The position numbers were made by a program, and so were the translations under genes. Of a stretch of 24,603 bases of DNA, positions 22,964 to 24,603 are shown one piece after another. The stretch is from contig CAXHJY010000053.1 of NCBI GenBank assembly GCA_964016885.1, positions 1 through 24,603 of the forward strand, read 5' to 3'. Below the pieces are notes generated by a model. It was given only the letters and a program-made list of their open reading frames with translations, was not told the DNA's origin and made no database searches. Source of the stretch: Eledone cirrhosa. Its lineage: Eukaryota. The first letter of the stretch is position 1. The number at the start of each line of letters is the position of its first letter.

Positions 22964-23004
<41 letters not shown>

Positions 23005-23065
23005 CATATATATATATATATAATATATAGATACATATATATATATATATAATATATAGATACAT

Positions 23066-23135
<70 letters not shown>

Positions 23136-23166
23136 GAGAGATATATATATATATGTATCTATATAT

Positions 23167-23198
<32 letters not shown>

Positions 23199-23325
23199 GA
23201 TATATATAATATATAGATACATATATATATATATATATATATATAGATATATATAATATATAGATACATATATATATATATAATATATAGATACATATAT
23301 ATATATATATAATATATAGATACAT

Positions 23326-23377
<52 letters not shown>

Positions 23378-23531
23378 GAGATATATATATATATGTATCT
23401 ATATATTATATATATATATATACATATATATGTATATATGTATATATATATATATATAGATACATATATATATATAATATATAGATACATACATATATAT
23501 ATACATATATATACATATATATATATATATA
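22290..23531. repeat. ~1.2 kb (AT)n tract punctuated by ATAATATATAGATAC
   Basis: Recurring motif. A block of about 240 bp is duplicated (AGAGATATATATATATATGTATCTATATATTA near 23137 and 23377). Confidence 0.93.
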
Positions 23532-23602
23532 CTCCTCGGTGAAAATCTATTACAAGTCGTAATAGATTTGTAATGAGACTGTCCTATTAATGTTGTCGTA
23601 GA

Positions 23603-23620
23603 TATCGCCAGAGGGCGCTT
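23603..23620 (+). promoter_or_regulatory. CTCF-like binding motif
   Basis: TCGCCAGAGGGCGCT closely matches the CTCF core CC(A/G)CYAG(A/G)(G/T)GGC(A/G)C with one 5' mismatch. Confidence 0.45.
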
Positions 23621-23709
23621 CGATAGCCTATCATTGAGGAATCTATTTTTCAGCATATCACGTGATCATCTGATAGATTGGGGAGTATTACTCAGCTGCG
23701 TGTGTTTAA

Positions 23710-23740
<31 letters not shown>

Positions 23741-23760
23741 GTATATGTATATGTATATAA

Positions 23761-23825
<65 letters not shown>

Positions 23826-23834
23826 TATATACGT

Positions 23835-23911
<77 letters not shown>

Positions 23912-24206
23912 GGTGTGCGCGTGTGTGTGTGTGTGTGGCTGGGTTTGATAAAATAAGGGATTTGTCATAAACCATAAACAACCATGGATTCAGCCCCTAG
24001 AAAACTACCTTTACGAATCCCAAACCTCCTGAAAGATGTTTTACTGGGAACCGGTTTGGTCCCTTGGACTGTTGTCTAAAAAAGGGTTTAAGTGGGCCCA
24101 TTTTGAGGGCCCTGGTTTGACATCGGAGTGACCTTTCCCCTAGTTTGTCAACAAACCAACGAACGTTTACAAGCTTTGTCTACACGTTTAAGTGTTTATA
24201 CATACA

Positions 24207-24371
24207 TTGTATGTATATATGTGTATATATGTGTATGTATGTATGTGTATATATATGTATATATATATATATGTGTGTGTGTATGTATATTTGGATATTT
24301 ATATATATATATATGTATATATATATATGTATATGTGTATATATATATATAAATATGTATATGCCTATATT

Positions 24372-24412
<41 letters not shown>

Positions 24413-24431
24413 TTATATATGAGTGTATATA

Positions 24432-24462
<31 letters not shown>

Positions 24463-24483
24463 GTTTATATATGTGTGTATATA

Positions 24484-24516
<33 letters not shown>

Positions 24517-24580
24517 GTTTATATATGTGTGTATATATATATGTATGTATATATATACATATATGTGAATATATATATAA
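24207..24580. repeat. (AT)n/(GT)n microsatellite
   Basis: Direct reading. Confidence 0.93.
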
Positions 24581-24603
24581 TTATTATTAAAAATATCCTT
24601 ATC

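Noticed and set aside
23935-24190. DNA transposon or RT remnant (GATTCAGCCCCTAGAAAAC)
   Set aside because: Only a vague resemblance to subterminal motifs; no TIR pair, TSD or protein similarity is visible.

Overview
Eukaryotic (animal) non-coding DNA dominated by simple sequence repeats: (AT)n, (AG/CT)n, (GT)n, (GATA)n, (CCA/TGG)n, (TAG)n and (GGT/GAT)n, separated by 50-500 bp unique islands. The repeat content and a SINE 3' tail that I recall from cephalopod genomes suggest an octopus-like genome (inference, not searched). Almost every ORF in the supplied track is a microsatellite artefact, and no intact protein-coding gene, RNA gene or CRISPR array is supported. Supportable features are a 5'-truncated LINE with an ORF2 C-terminal remnant and a structured 3' UTR (14716-15121, minus), a second related LINE 3' end next to it, a SINE tail, three tiny hairpin MITE-like elements, a probable Penelope-like remnant, and three minisatellites (90 bp, 36-39 bp, and 65 bp x14). 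The most notable patterns are: tandem pseudoknot-forming stems in the LINE 3' UTR; small CpG-rich islands carrying ETS, E-box, CRE, YY1 and CTCF-like motifs, some sitting at a switch from C/A-rich to G/T-rich repeats; candidate divergent 3-codon first exons; and long fold-back palindromes built from microsatellite. I found no convincing new biological system; the findings are hypotheses.
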